The notes: generated by a model not told the origin, from the sequence alone. Shown: positions 43,945-59,289, counted from the first letter of the stretch. The stretch: DNA of 64,000 bases from the human T2T-CHM13v2.0 reference genome, Homo sapiens (GCF_009914755.1 NC_060947.1); one strand, 5' to 3'. Numbers and translations: made by a program.

Positions 43945-44830
43945 TTTAGACAAATGTTGCCAAATTGCCTTGCACCCTGTTGCAACAATTTACACCTCTA
44001 CCAACAGTGTATGAGAGTGTTTGTTTCCCCACGAAGTGTATCATCCAACTTTTGGAGCCATGCCACTCTGAGAGAAAAAAAAAATCTCCTTGGTGTTTAG
44101 GTTGCATTTCTTTAATGAATGTGAGGGAGAGCATCTTTTCAAATCTATTTATACCACTTGTATTTTTCTGTGAGCCACCTGTAATTTGTCTATATTTTAG
44201 ATTTTCTTTTTATATTAATTTGTAATAAAGTTTTATGCAATAGAGAAGTTAGCCTTTAGTTTGTCAAATGTGCTATAAAGTTTAGTTATTTGCTTATCTG
44301 TCAGAGATAATTCTATTTTTTTAAAATGTAGTGAAACTTGTTCCTCTCTTTGTTTATGTTTTCTGGGTAGGCCTTCCCTAGTGTAAAAAAATATATATCT
44401 ACCTATGTTTTCTGCTGGTGCATCATTTATAGTTTCATTTTTTAATCTTTAAATCTTTCTTCCATATCAATTTATTATTTTCTTAATGATGATTGTCTCA
44501 TTATCTCAAATACAATAATAACCCATCTTTTTCCCTTTACAAAAATACCGTATTTATCACGTAATAAATTTTCATATGTATTTTGGTTCATTTTTAATTC
44601 TTCAGTTTTGTGACACATTTTAATAAATGGACAGGGTTAATCTCCATTTTATCTCTTTATCAGATTTCCCCTGACTACCTTCACTTAATTATTTTCCCAG
44701 ATGATGTTTAGATTAATTTAGTAAAATCATCAAAAAGAAAAATTCTGTTGGTACTTTATTTTGGAATCACATTCAGCTTATAGATAATTAATGACAAAAT
44801 TTACAGCTTTATATTATTGAATTACTTCCT
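43945..44830 (-). mobile_element. Highly diverged L1ME fragment
   Basis: Antisense ORF2-like motifs (ccaaattgcc...caatttacac...gtatgagagt). Confidence 0.6.
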
Positions 44831-44892
44831 AATTTCCTTTCTTATCCAGTTGAGACTCTGTGTTGTGGGATTAGAATCATTCCTTTGGATAC

Positions 44893-45399
44893 TGTATTAG
44901 CTTCCTAGTGCTGCTATAACTAATGACAAGAGACTTAGTGTCTTAAACAACTCAAATTTATCATCTTACAGTTCTGGAGGCCAGAAATCTGAAATGGGTC
45001 TCGCTGGGCTAAAATTGAGGTGTCAGCAGAGCTTTGTTCCTTTCTGGAGGCCCCTTGGGAAGAATTTGTCCCTTTGACTTTTCTAGCTTGTAGAGGCCAT
45101 CTGCATTCCTTGGCTCATGGCCCCTTTCTCCATCTTTGAAGCCGGCAACATTGCATCTCTCTGACCATGCTTCCATAGTCACATATCTCCCTGATTACAG
45201 CTGGGAGAATTTCTGCACTTTAAAGTACCCATGTGATTAGTTTGAGCCCACCTAGACAATCCAGGATAATCTCCCTATCTCAAGGACCTTAACTCATCAC
45301 GTTTGCAAAGTTCCTTTTGGCCTGTGAGGTATTATATTCACAAGTTCCAGGGATGTGGATGTGGCCATCATTGGGGGTCCATTATTTTGCCTACTACAG
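44893..45399 (-). mobile_element. MLT1C/D solo LTR
   Basis: Termini tgtattag...cctactaca and a typical MLT1 body. Confidence 0.85.
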
Positions 45400-47569
45400 A
45401 TATATTCTCAACTGCCATGTCCCTCTTCACCTTCATTGAATTGAACTAGAAAAGTCCTAACTCAAAAGAGGATATTTGGATTAACTAAGGCTGGGGAATT
45501 AAAAGTCCGATATGGTGTATTTAGCTTAACAGTGTTTAGATACCAGGATGTTTATTTTTCATTTAAAATTCCCAGCTACTAACCTCAAACGGACCTTTTG
45601 GCCTGTCCTGCAATCCTGTGACATTGCTGGCCCGTTAGCTGCCCTCTCTTCCACTCCTCTCCTCTTTCCTCAAACCTCCAGGACCTCTTCGCCATCCTCA
45701 CGCCTAGTGGATTAAATTGCTTCCTATTTTGTTGGACGCTGAGACGCAATCTGGAGTAAAATCCCACGTGCCCTCCCACCATCTTCTAACTCACTTGCAT
45801 CAGTGTCCATATAACTAATGCCCATCTATCATTATAGTGTAAAAGAAGGTCAAACCCTCCACTTGTGCTCTGGATCCCACCCTTGTGGTCTACTCTAGGA
45901 AATCACCCAGTAATTTCCCAACTCCCCCATCCTCAATTCTTTCCTCTCTATGGTAAATTCTGGCAGCTGATGATCATGTTATAATAGCATTCATTTGAAC
46001 CCTGGAAGCACCAGACTCACAGGAGAGGGTTCTACAAATAGATAACCACAAATAAATCCCTATGATCATCCTAATGTGACAGAGAACAGAAATGTGAGCT
46101 TGACTATGTGTCCATTTTCATTGTATCATGATTTTCATTATATCCTATTAGGTTTGGCATCATTTCTTTAGGCTTTAGGTCCTGGCTACAGTATTTATTT
46201 TCCTGTGAAAATTATTCACACAGTGAATCTGACCCTGTTGAGAACCTCCATTTGAAGGTTTGCATGGGGATCAAGTGGCCACATTTAGACCAAAGCTACT
46301 GTCATAGAGCTTGCCACCAGCCACACATTCCAAGGATCTCAGTAAATATTTGATGTCTATATTCATATGCCCAATTCAGTAGCTTCAGAAACCCTCATGC
46401 GATGCCTGTTTCTTTCACCAGCCACACAATTCCCTCTCTCCTCTATAAATGAGAAAATTATTTGTAAATCATTAGTTCCTATTTTGACAGAAAATATGAA
46501 AATAACTGCTGTGGCCTGGGAATATCTTCAAACATTTCGATAGCACAAATCTTTCTCTGGATGTGCGGATAACCACACAGCCTCAGAAATAATTAATGGA
46601 GACAGAGCCTCTAGTAGACAAGTTTTATAAAATTGTTTTTGGTAAAGGTTATTTGTTTAGTGGACTCTTTAACAAGCAGGAACAAAGAAAAAAATCAACT
46701 GGATTTAAAAACAAAGCCACAGAGAGTATCTGTTCCCTGATATCTTATCTGATGTGCATTCAAACCAAGTTTCAAAAACTTTTCAAAGTCATCATTCTCT
46801 TCACTACAAATTAAGTTTGCTAACAATATTGCCATTTTTTTTTCCTTAGGAATGAAAAGAATGTCTGTGCTTATTAAAGGGAGACAAAACTCTTGGCCCG
46901 GGCCCCACATGGGCCACTTTGTGAGTTATGTTGGAGGGAGAACAGGCCTCATCTCCACCCTACAACCAAACCAATACCAGGTAAGGCAGGAGGGCGTTTC
47001 TCAAGGATAAGAGCGACACGGCCTGACAGTCACTAGTATTCATTTTTCACAATTGCCTAAGTGATTTTCTTCTTATTTGAGCTGAGGGTCTCTATGTGTG
47101 AGATTAGCATGAAAAAATAAAACAGGGTGGGGATTTCCTCTTGGAAACAACATGCTGTGGTTGTGGTAGTGAACAAACCGTGACAAGAAAGCCAAAGGTG
47201 CAAGGCATATGCCAGTGAAATATGCATGTCTTGTCAGCCCATTGGCCTTGTCTATCTCTCTCTTCTGAACTCTGTCATAACCTCCAATGGAGTCTCAGGT
47301 TCTGCTTCAAGAAAAAACGTGGCCCTAAGACTCACTATCCAAAGAAAAACTCTGGTCAGTGTTTTTGTGCTACTCTTTCTGGTCAAAGAACTGAGCCTCC
47401 TACCGCAGAGGCAAGTCGCCCAAGCTCACAGGTGTGAGGAGTGACAGGATGAGTTCACAAGTCCTAGTCTTTAGACCTCCAAGCCAGCATTCTTTCTGTT
47501 AGCCACAGCTGAGCCAAGAGAACTGCACCACTGGCACTGTGGGTGACAGAATGTGAATGTATGTGTGTA

Positions 47570-47785
47570 CAGCAAGGTAGGTCAACTTCAGCACATGGGG
47601 CCTGATAATTTTTGTTGCAGGGGGCTGTCCTATTTATTATAGGGTGTTGGTCAGCATCCTCAGCCTTTACCCACTAGATGCTAGGAGCATCCATCCCCTA
47701 AGCTGCAAAAACCAAAAGTATATCCAGACATTGCCAGATGTCCCCAGGGCATGGGGAGCAAAATCAACCCTGCTTGAGAACCACC
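47570..47785 (+). mobile_element. MER20
   Basis: acccactagatgctaggagc...ccagacattgccagatgtcccc...ttgagaacca. Confidence 0.8.
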
Positions 47786-48121
47786 TATTTGTGTGTATAT
47801 GTGTATACATATATATGCACATATGTTGTGTATATATATATGAACTATTTATGAATAAATATTCATGAAGCATCCCCTCGACCTCCTCCAAAAGAAAACA
47901 AAGTAGAAGAGAAGTTTTGCAGATACCAAAATCCTCCGTGGAAATGTTCTAGTTTCTAGAAGCTTCCTATCCCTCTTCTGCTTTCCTTTAAGTTTCAGGC
48001 ACCCTGCCCAATGTTGCTTTTCATGGCAGATTTACTTTATGTGTATAACATCATAGTTTTTCATTCTGCCTCAAAGTAGCTGTCTGCTACATACTAATAC
48101 AAATTAAAAAGTGCCTTTATA

Positions 48122-48426
<305 letters not shown>

Positions 48427-49049
48427 TTATAGACAACAGTAAACATACAGAGACAAAGTTTTATGGATTCAAGGAATTCAAGTACATGTGTCTCATCTTT
48501 ACTGGAATCAGGATCTGTTTAAAAAACAAACATCAGCCAATCAGGTGTGCACTGGCTCCAGTGCAACATACAACACACCAGCTGAAAAACTGGCTAAAAA
48601 GGAGTTAGGTTCGGTAAAATCCCTGATTCTGAGTTGGCATAGGGTCAAACGACAAGTTTAACAGAGTGTTAAGGCATTCTTTTCAAATGGGTTATTTTGA
48701 AACCAAACTGAGATAGACACAGCTTTTCTTCTGACCCTTTAAGATGACCTTCCTGAAAATTATTTTTAATTGGTTGTTCAGAATCCATATAGACTGTTGA
48801 TATACACACAGCTTTCCTTTGTAATGCTCCAAGTTGACCTTCCCTTTAAATAAATGTATTACCTGACATGCAAATTGTCCCTCTTGAACATGTCCTTCAA
48901 ATGGACACTAATGCCAGCCAACAACCAAGAAGCTGTAGTTTCCTTCCTGTGTGAATATTAGGTGTGAGAAGAGTTCACAGCTCACGGCTTTGGCAGAGCC
49001 AATATTTGACTTGCAGTGTTCCCCGGCAGAAAGGCAGAAGAGGCCTTAC

Positions 49050-49209
49050 CTTTGGGAATGGTGATCTGACAGCTCAGGTCACAGTCCTGTTGCAACTGAT
49101 AAAAAGCCACTTCCTGCAGCCGGGCCCTCTCCAGCTCTGAGAGACTCTGGATGGGGACTGACCTCAGCCGTACACTGCGGCCTGACATGCTGTTCCAGGT
49201 GAAATCACC
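49050..49209 (-). CDS. ARHGAP6: ARHGAP6 (Rho GTPase-activating protein 6) internal coding exon (exon 2), 160 bp
   Basis: Minus strand reads T22-ggcctacag|GGTGATTTC...CCCAAAG|gtaagg, i.e. canonical acceptor and donor. It translates [53 protein letters not shown], which I recognise as ARHGAP6. Confidence 0.95.
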
Positions 49210-50494
49210 CTGTAGGCCAAAAAAAAAAAAAAAAAAAAAATCAAGAGTTACAGAGTTCACTTACCTCTCACAAATCTCATCCTCTCTTAGTAATAAAGTC
49301 AAGCAAACCACCTTTGTGTTCCAAAATTGGGTCTCAATTCCCAAAGTCAAATCCTCTTTTAGTTCACTGTGGATTTTCTCAGTTAGTTGCAAATGTCAAA
49401 ATCTCAAGTATCTGCTGGGTCACATGATCTTATCTCATTATGCATATAGGCCTGAGGAAACTATGTAGAAAGATACTGTGAGGGTCCTACTTCCTCCTTT
49501 TTATGGGAACACATGGGAACTTCTAACTTTTGTGAAACACTGTGCTGCTGCTAATTGCCATCACACACATCAGATATAGGGGGATGAGTGTGTATGGAGA
49601 GCCTACCATGTGCCAGCGGCTGCACCAAGGGCATTTTTTAAAATTGGCAAATAAAAATCGTACATATTCATGGGGCACATGGTGATATTTCTATACATAT
49701 GGTTATTAGATATATATTTCTAATAATTAGTAACTAATCTCAAACACTTATTATTTCTTTGGTTGCTAACATTCAATATCCTCCTTCTAGCTATTTGAGA
49801 TCATATATTACTGTTAACCATAGTCAAGGGCTTTTTAGTTAATCCCTCCAACAACCTTATGAAGTGGTTAACATTTTTTACCTATCTCATGTAAAATTTA
49901 ATAATATAATCTAGTATAATATATGAGAATATATTATAATAGTAAAGTTTATACTTATGACATATTATATGAATAGTATAGTAACATATACCAATATAAT
50001 ATAGATGATGAAACTGAGTCTTGAGGAGGTTAAGTAATTCTCCCCAAATCATAAAACTTATAAGATTTGGAATAAGGACTCAAGCTAAGAATGTAGGGCT
50101 TTAAACTCTATGCTAATATTGTAACCACTGAGGTTCTATTTGTAGCACTCTCATGAGTTATTGTGAACACAATAAGCTTAGAGTTATGATCAACAGGAAG
50201 ATGTTCAGTATTTATAGAGACATTTGATGCTAAAATACTCCACATCAAAGAGTCAAAGCAAAGATTTCCACAATCCTAAAAGTGTACTCATGTGTACACA
50301 TGCACACCCTTGCAGGCCACTGAGGGTAAATGGCTCCACCCTCAATGCAGACAGTAAGAAAGTGACGTCCAAAGAAAAAGTACTTTACAATCCTCTGAAA
50401 CCCAGTGTCTCCTTACTAAAGACTTCTTGTGAATCTCATGTATCAGGCATGCTGCAACAGATTTGAGGAGGCAGCTACTGTTGCTCAATGATCA

Positions 50495-50998
<504 letters not shown>

Positions 50999-51819
50999 CT
51001 AGTGTATTCATTCCAAAAGTGAATGGCATGATGTTAATTCTTTGATATTTTCCCTCTTTATCTGGGATTTCATTCACTCATTTAATACATGAATATATTA
51101 TACTCTGGTAGGGGCAGAAAATGAACGGGGTAAGTAAAAGGAATGGTGTGTGAAATAATGATAACTGCTAGGAAGGAGAAAAAGGCAAAGAAGGGGAAGT
51201 AGAAGAAAGGAATTTGCAGTTTTAGAGACAGCAGCCAGGAAAGACCTCACTGAGAAGGCAAAATTTGAGCAAGTGTTAAAGAAGTTATGGCTTTTAGTTT
51301 CTTTGCCTTGACATGTATGAATTATATCCAGTGGATAATGATGAAGACTAGCAGGAACCCAGGAGGAGCTCAGGGAGGGTGATGCAGGAGGGGATGTGGG
51401 GAGAGGAGTGAGTGAGCAAATCTAGTCAAAGTGAGGAGGCTGCAGTCACATTCAGTGAACAGAAGAAAATTCTTCTGGGGCCAGTGTATTTTGAATTTTT
51501 TCTTTCTTTTATGTTTTTGGTATAACCAGACTAAGAAAAAATAGGACATATAGACATTATGGTTGGGGACTCAGGCCTTGGGTGTACCCCTCACTCACAC
51601 CCTCTAAGCTTAGAGAACTACAAGGAACACTATTGGGGAATTTTTTTTATTATTATTTTCTCCCAGATAGAAAGTCCCCAGATGAGTTTATAAATTTTAG
51701 ATATCAAGCTTAGGTACCTACGGGAGCTGACTGTTATTTGAAGTGTCAAAACAGAATTACATACCTATTCTTTAAAAGCAATCAAAGATGTGACCTCCAA
51801 TGGGCTTAATTATCTGTAG

Positions 51820-52036
51820 TAGGGGTTTGACAATCTTTTTCTGTAAAGACCACATAGAAAATATATCAGGCTTTGTGAGCCATGTGATCTCTGTTACAAC
51901 TACTCAACTCTGGCTTGGTGGGATGAAAGCAGCCACAGATAATTTATAAATCAGCGAGTGTGGCCATATGCCAATAAAACTTTATTTACAAAAACAGCAG
52001 GCTGGTTTTGGCTGGCGGGCTAGAGTTTCCCAACCT
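51820..52036 (+). mobile_element. MER58A
   Basis: MER58 motifs. Confidence 0.8.
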
Positions 52037-53334
52037 GTGAACTATAGCTTATGACTGAAATAAAGTAATTCCTAGAAGGGACATTTTGTTCTTATTTACT
52101 AAGTCCTCCTGGTTAATTAATTCAAACAATATTTAATAAGCACAGATGAGATGCTAAGCTCTGTGGTAGGCTTGGGACTATTAAGATGACAACACAGTCC
52201 TCGTCCTCAGAGTTAACCTTCAGGTAGGAAGAACACAAACAATCCATAAAACACAGAGATTGTGGTACTAGAAGTAAGTACTAAATGCAATGAATGCCTA
52301 GGAGACAAGGCTTTGTTATCTATCTGGAGGATCAAGGAAAGCTTTATAGAGAAGGTAGTGTTTCAATGGAGGCTTGAAAGTTGAGTAAGAGGGGGCAGGG
52401 TTCGCCCAGTAGCAATGCAACTTTAGCAGCAGGTGCAAAGGCAAATGAGTTTGAGAAAACAGGCTTGTTCAGGGAATTACAAGGCTGGAAGGAGGAAAAG
52501 GGCAAGAGGTGAAGCCAAGCAGAAGTCAGGGCCAGATTCTGTAGGGCTGTCTCTGTTGGCAATGCAAACCAGATTAGATTTTCCTCCATAGACGATGGCT
52601 AGTCATTCAGGAACTTTGAGCTAGAGAGGAACATGAGCAGATTTGAAATATAGGGAAGATGACTGGAAACAAGTTTCCTAAGGAATTAAAGGGGAGAGCA
52701 AGTCAAAGATGTGGAGATGAGAAAAGACTCCGTGCTAAGTGGGATGCTGATTCCAATTTGAACAGACACGGGAGAAACTTAGAACCACATAGATGCTAGA
52801 GAATAAACTGGATGCAGTGAGGGGAAGAGAAGGGGTAATCTAGGATGACTCTTGAGTTTCTAGCTTCAGCAACTGGGCAGACAGTAACACTAATCACCAA
52901 GATGGGGAATGGCAGAGGGAATTATGTTTGCAGGGGGAGAAGGAAGATCACCCAGTTTTGGACATGGTGAAAATGGTATTTTCTTTTGAAAAAACAGAAT
53001 TAAAACATTACTAAGTCTGGCAAAACAGAACCTGGCCAATTTATATTTTTCTTGAGCTTTGATTTTGTACTCTCAATTAAAACAGTTCCAACACAATCAA
53101 ATAATATATGTTTTTTCAAACTGTTTACAAATGACTACAGTTAGCATAATAAAAAGTAAAGTGCGATGCTTCAAGTTTACTTTAGTCCATTATATATTGC
53201 AGCCCACGGTTCTTAACTTCTTGGATTTTTAAACTTCTTTGTTATATTTGGAATTGTTAACCAAAAGAGAGATCTGAGGTTATTTTGTTATGGCAGACCC
53301 AGTGACCAAGACAATATCTGTATTTTTTGTTTCC

Positions 53335-53885
53335 TTATTTTTACTTTTTAAATTTCTGTGGGTTCATAGTAGGTTTATATATTTATGGGGTACATGAGAT
53401 GTTTTGATACAGGCAGGCAATGCATAATAATCATCATGGAGAATGGGGTATCTGTCCCCTCAAGCATTTATCCTTTGAATTACAAACCATCCAATTCCAC
53501 TCTTTAAGTTATTTTAAAAATGTACAGTTAAGTTATTGTTGACTATAGTCACCCTGTTGTGCTATCAAATGGTAGGTCTTATTCATTAATTCTAATTATT
53601 TTTTGTAGCCATTAACTATCCCCACCTCCCCTGATCCCCCACACTGCCCTTCCAAGCCTGTGGTAACCGTCCTTCTACTCTCTATCCATGAGTTCAATTG
53701 CTTTGATTTTTAGAACCCACAAATAGGTAAGAACATGCGATGTTTGTCTTTCTGTGCCTGGCTTACTTCACTTAGCATGACAATCTCCAGTTTCATCCAT
53801 GTTGTTGCAAATGACAGGATCTCATTCTTTTTTATGGCTGAATAATACTCCATTGTGTATATGTACCACATTTTCTTTGTCCATT
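53335..53885 (-). mobile_element. L1MA 3' end
   Basis: ORF2 tail [21 protein letters not shown] plus 3' UTR. Confidence 0.85.
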
Positions 53886-54359
53886 TTTTTTCCTGAAGTT
53901 CCCTAATGATTCTCCCATGCAGCCAGGGTTGAGAACCACTGAGCTCAAGGCTTGAATAGATTCTAGTTTGAGTGTGCATCCACATTGTTCAGTTAGGCTA
54001 TAATAAGTGCTATGTAGTAAGTCTAGAAAATCCAAGAAGTCCTCCATTGTCAAAGAAAGATACAAATCTACCAAGGGAAAGAAAGCTATTTCTATGACAG
54101 TCATAATAGTAAGGACGTTACTTTCTGAAACTGAGAGTAAGCATGACCCTGCTTTCTTTTATTAAACAAATGAAGTGATGACATAATCCTTATTTTTTCA
54201 CTCAACAAAAAAATTAACTTGAACCTGACACTCTCAGAAGCCACTCTTAGCCACTACAATATTCTGGCTGGTTGTTGCAAGCTTGTGAGTTGCCCCTCTG
54301 CCCACATTTTGTTCTGTGGAGGTAGAGAGAAGTACAGTAAGGCGTAATCAGGTGGAAGG

Positions 54360-54815
54360 TGTGGTTGGTAGAATAATGTCTCCCCTAAAGATGTCCATAC
54401 CCGAATCCCAGGAACCTGTGAGTATGTTATTTTACATGGTAAAAGGGACTTTGCAGATGCTATTAATTTCAGATTATTGAGATGGGGAGATTATTCTGAA
54501 TTATCCAGGCGAGTGCAATGTCATCACAAGGAGAGAGGTAGAGGCAGAAGCGAGACAAAAATGTGATAATGGAAGCAGAGGTGGGAGAGAGAAAGATTTG
54601 AAAGAGCTTGGCTGCTAGCTTTACAGATGGAAAAAGGAGCCACAAGACAAGAAATGCACACAGCTTCTAGTGCAGGAAAAGCCAAGGATTCTCTCCTGGA
54701 GCCTCCAGAAGGAACATGGCCTTTGATTTTAGCCCAGTGAGGCCCACATGAGACTTATGTAAGTTTGTGTTGTAAGTTTGTGATAATTTGTTATGGCAGC
54801 AATAGGAAATGAATT
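54360..54815 (+). mobile_element. MLT1C/D LTR
   Basis: tgtggttggtagaataatg...ttgttatggcagcaataggaaa. Confidence 0.8.
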
Positions 54816-55039
54816 CAAGAGTAAGGGGGAGCATTAGAAAAGGAAGTTGGTGGGGTGAAGGGCATGCTCGCAGACACTTAAAAAAGTAGGTTTTGACCTT
54901 CCATCAGATTCTTATCTCCCTGCTACCTGATGCTAAGGTGCTGCTTCATACTACAGGTACCATCACCAATGATTTGTGCTGGAGAGGTCCCAAGACTGGA
55001 ATTCTGAAATCACTTTTCCCATAAAATAGAATTATAGAA

Positions 55040-55334
55040 AATTACATATAGTAAATACTTTACGCTCTGTGGGTCTTATGGTCTCTGCCACAGTTACTCA
55101 ACTTTTGCCATTGTAGGGCAAAAACAGCCATAGACCCTACATAAACAAATATTCCAAAAATTTTATCTATGACATGAAAAGTCAAGGCTCATATAATTTT
55201 ATGTGTACAAAATATCCTTCCTTCAAATTTTTTTCAACTATTTAGAAATGTAAACATAATTCTTAGCTTGCAAGTCATACAAAAACGGGCATCAGGCTGC
55301 TTTTGGCCCACTGGCTGTTGTTTGCCAACCCCTG
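55040..55334 (+). mobile_element. MER58B
   Basis: MER58 ends with the B-type internal segment. Confidence 0.7.
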
Positions 55335-56244
55335 ATATGGAGATTAGGGTCATGTAGTGCCCTACACATATTTGTGTAGCATCTACAGCCATATTCCAGC
55401 AACCCAGTCCTAGGGCCTTGCATTATCAGCCATATACAACAGCTAGATTCAGGAGGGCAAGACCCTTGTCTGGCTTATTCATTTTGATGTTCTCGGTATC
55501 TAAGGCAGTACCTGGCACTTAACAGCCACTGAATAAATATTTGTCAATCTAGGGACTAATGAACCAGCCCCATCATGAGTTAAATAAATTGGAAACCTAA
55601 CCAACCCATACAATGTTGTATATATGTGGGAAACTGTATTCTGGATTCGAATAAACCATTAAGAGACAGTCTTTTGAAATAGCCTGTTGATAAGCCAAGA
55701 AAAACCCATGCCAGTACATGAGGGGAGAAAATAAATGTGATAATAGGTGACGCGGGGAAGAGTTAATCCGTGATACCTATACCCACCCATCAGACTTCAT
55801 AGGAGCAGTAAGACATGAACACAAAGGTCATAGTCTCCCTTTGACTCTCATGGCATGGACCATAAAGTGATAAACAAGCACCCAGGAAGGGCACCAAAGC
55901 CTACCAGCACAGTCTAGAATATGTTTCTGGTGGTTTCTCAAGGCTCACATGCATGGTCCAGACCAGCATTTTTCTTTGGTGACTGTTTATCTTATAAATG
56001 AATGACTCATTTGAAGGCTTTCTGAATCTAGTCTTTTGAGTGATCATCATGGAATTTTTTTAAGGATTGAAAATGGATGATTTCAAATTTGTTTAGATTT
56101 TATAAATGTAGATGAAATTGAAATTCATCCAATGTCTCTGGATAGACTAAAGACCTTGGCAGTTGTAAAAACATCTTTCTATTCTAGGGTACTATGTGAC
56201 AGCATTAATAAAGGGCAGCAATATGATAAAATGATATAGGATAA

Positions 56245-56456
56245 TGGTCCTTGGTGGGGTAATGTTGCCCCCAGTGAGCATTTAGCAATGTCTGAAGACA
56301 TTTTTGGTTGTTATAACTGGGGCAGCGTTTGATACTGGCAGCTAGAAGATAGAGGCTAGGGATGCTGCTAAGCACCTTATAATGCACAGGACTACTGCCC
56401 AAAATCAACAACTATCTGGATCAACTTGTCTACAGTGCAGAAGTTGAGAAACCTTG
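56245..56456 (-). mobile_element. MER20
   Basis: Antisense MER20 motifs. Confidence 0.75.
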
Positions 56457-57534
56457 GTTTAGCATAAATAAGTCTGCTGTTAAGCCCAGATTACATATAA
56501 TCTCCTTAAAATGATGGTGCTGGAAATATTAACAATTATTTATATATTTTGTTTATCATAAAAATATGTACTATATATTCGTTTATATATCATGCATTAC
56601 TATGTGTATTTTACATGTATTTTTCTACGTATTATACACATAAACAGAATCATAGGGCTTATTTTAAGCTAGTATTAATAAGTACAAACACTACAAACCT
56701 AATTAAAAGAAGCAAACCAAAAAAAGTTTGAAAACAATAGAGTCTTGATTAACTGGAGAACAACTCACCAAAAGTGTTAACTAAAGAGATTTCCTTCCCA
56801 CCAGAAGTATATGTCTCTATGTTTAGAAAAAAAGAAGCAAAAGACAAACTAAAACCCAAACAATCTAATATCTATGCTTTATTCAGAAAGTCATTCTTTT
56901 GAGCTAAGTTGCACCTTTACAGACTTGATTTTCCCATGAAATAAAATTGATTGAAATAATTTTGGTTTTGTTCTACACCACATTGTTTTATTACATCCTT
57001 GGGGCTAGTCTCTAACTGCAGCATCTCTTTAATCTCATCCAACTGTAAACTCCCCAGGGCCAAACAAGGGGTGAGGCAGGGCTGTTCAAAATGTGGTTTG
57101 TGGACCCAAGGCATCGGAATCACGTGGGCAGAATGATCATTGTTAAACACGTAGGTTCCTTTGGCTCTAAGGTAGATTTAGAGAATTAGAGTCACAGGGA
57201 ATAGGTCCCAAGCACCTCCATTATAAAGCAGCATCCCCAGATGAGTCTTACTTTTTGCATAATAAAAGTTGAGTCTCACTGGCATGGTGGTGAAGACTTG
57301 GATTCAGATAGATGGCAGTTCTTTGGTAAGATTCAGAAAATCTCTGATCATCGGTTTTCTCATTATTAAGATGGAGAAAAGAACAAGACTTAACTCTCAG
57401 TTTGTAGGGATAATATCAGACAATACAAATGAATTTCTTGTGGAAGGCTTATAAGCTCCCACAAGACCTGAATAAATGGAAATTTAAGTTATAATTAATA
57501 TTAATCATCACCACTCTAAATTTGCATCACCATC

Positions 57535-57957
57535 TGATGTGGTTTGGATGTTTGTCCCCTCCAAATCTCATGTTGAAATACAATCACTAATGTTGGAGGT
57601 GGGGCCTGGTGGGAGGTGTTTGTGTCATGAGGGTGGATCCCTCATGAATATCTTGGTGCTGTCCTTGCAATAGTGAATTCTTGCTCTGAGTTCATGTGAG
57701 ATATGGTTTTTTAAAAGGGCATGGCACTTCTTCCCTCTCTCTCTTGCTTCTGCTCTTACCATGTGACAGGCTGGTTCCCTGTTGCCTTCCATCCTGAGTA
57801 CAAGTTACCCAAGGGCATTACTAGAAGCTGAGCAGATGACACCACCATGCTTCCTGTATAGCCTGCAGAACTGTGAACCAATTAAACCTCTTTTCCTTTC
57901 TTTATAAATTACGCAGTCTCAGGTATTTTTATGGTGATACAAGAAGGACCTAACACA
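57535..57957 (+). mobile_element. MSTA/MSTB solo LTR
   Basis: tgatgtggtttggatgtttgtcccctccaaatctc...ctaacaca with 5-bp TSD ccatc/gcatc. Confidence 0.9.
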
Positions 57958-58379
57958 GCATCTTAACTTGGAAGTATTAGAGACACCAAAAACTCTTAAG
58001 AAATGTGTGCTGAATTACACAGCAAGTTTTACAAGGTGATAAGAGATAGAGAAGGAGGTAGCACAGGGTGAGGGGAATAGGAGTGCTGCATGAGCTACCA
58101 GGACAGCCTTACAGAGAACATGATTTTTGCACCAACCCTTAAGGAGGTGAGGGAATGAGCCAGGCAGGTTTTGGGAGCCCAGCAGCCCAGGCAGAGACTG
58201 GTTGACATAGGTATAGCATAGCCTGGTGGCTAAAAGCAAGGGGTGGCAAGCTGGGCTGCCTGAGTTTGAGTCCCAGTTTTGCCACTTACTAGCCAGCCAT
58301 GTGGCTTTTTAGCAAGCTACTTACATTCCCCATGCCCCATTTTCCTCATCTATGAAATGGGGATGATGACAGGGATTTT

Positions 58380-58617
58380 GCTGATACAAGCTGACTAGCC
58401 GGGGAGCCAAGTACTGCCTACTGATTGTTTTCATAAATCAAGTTTTATTGATTTATGAAAACCACAGCCACACTCATTCATTGTTATTTTCTGTGGCAGC
58501 CTACAGGCCACAATTGCAGAGTTGAGTTGTTGCAACAGAGACTGCACAGTCCATGAAGCTGCCCTTCCGTAAAGGTAACCATCTGGCCCTTTATGGAAAA
58601 AGTTTGCTGACCCCTGG
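58380..58617 (-). mobile_element. MER58A
   Basis: Antisense MER58 motifs. Confidence 0.7.
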
Positions 58618-59289
58618 ACTGGACTAAAAGTAAAGACACATCTATGATTAGGATCTGCCTTTTGCCATCACCATTTTCCTCCTCTCCTAAGATTTTGTCT
58701 CTGAGAAACATCCCAGAGAGCCTGTAAAAAAAAAAATCAAACAACATAATTTAGCATATTAGAAAATATGCAAATGCTAGCATGAAATAGAAGTGGTTAT
58801 CTGCAAATGGCCTGTTCACCTGGGTTACCGATAAACTAAAGAAGTAGAAATGAACATTGTCAAACCCAGGGCTGGGCTAACACCATCTAAAAAATCAAAT
58901 GTCACTTACATCTTGTTTCCAGTGGAAAGAACCTTTCCAGTGGTTAGCATAGAGGGGACATACTGGAAGTCCTCAAGGGCAAAAACGTCAGAGCAAAAGG
59001 TCAATTTCATTTCTGTGTAGTCCCAGTTGAATTGTGGACTTTTCTAATGGCCATCAATTTAATTCTCAGTTCTAAGCTTCTCTCGAGTCTTGGATGGGAG
59101 GAAGAAGGTAAGATGGCCTGCACAAATCTCAGGGTTGCAAAAACTGGAAACACTGGCATGAATTAGAAATTTCTTAATGACAGGGCCAGCAGCTGATGGT
59201 TCTACTTGTCTTTCTCTAATTAAATTTAGTTCACTGAAATTAGAACGACCTCCGGAGATAGATTAGACCTTGAAGATACTGCTCACATT

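Noticed and set aside
46960-47220. Possible enhancer with MEIS (TGACAG) and RUNX (TGTGGT) motifs
   Set aside because: Short motifs only; conservation and chromatin state cannot be assessed from sequence alone.
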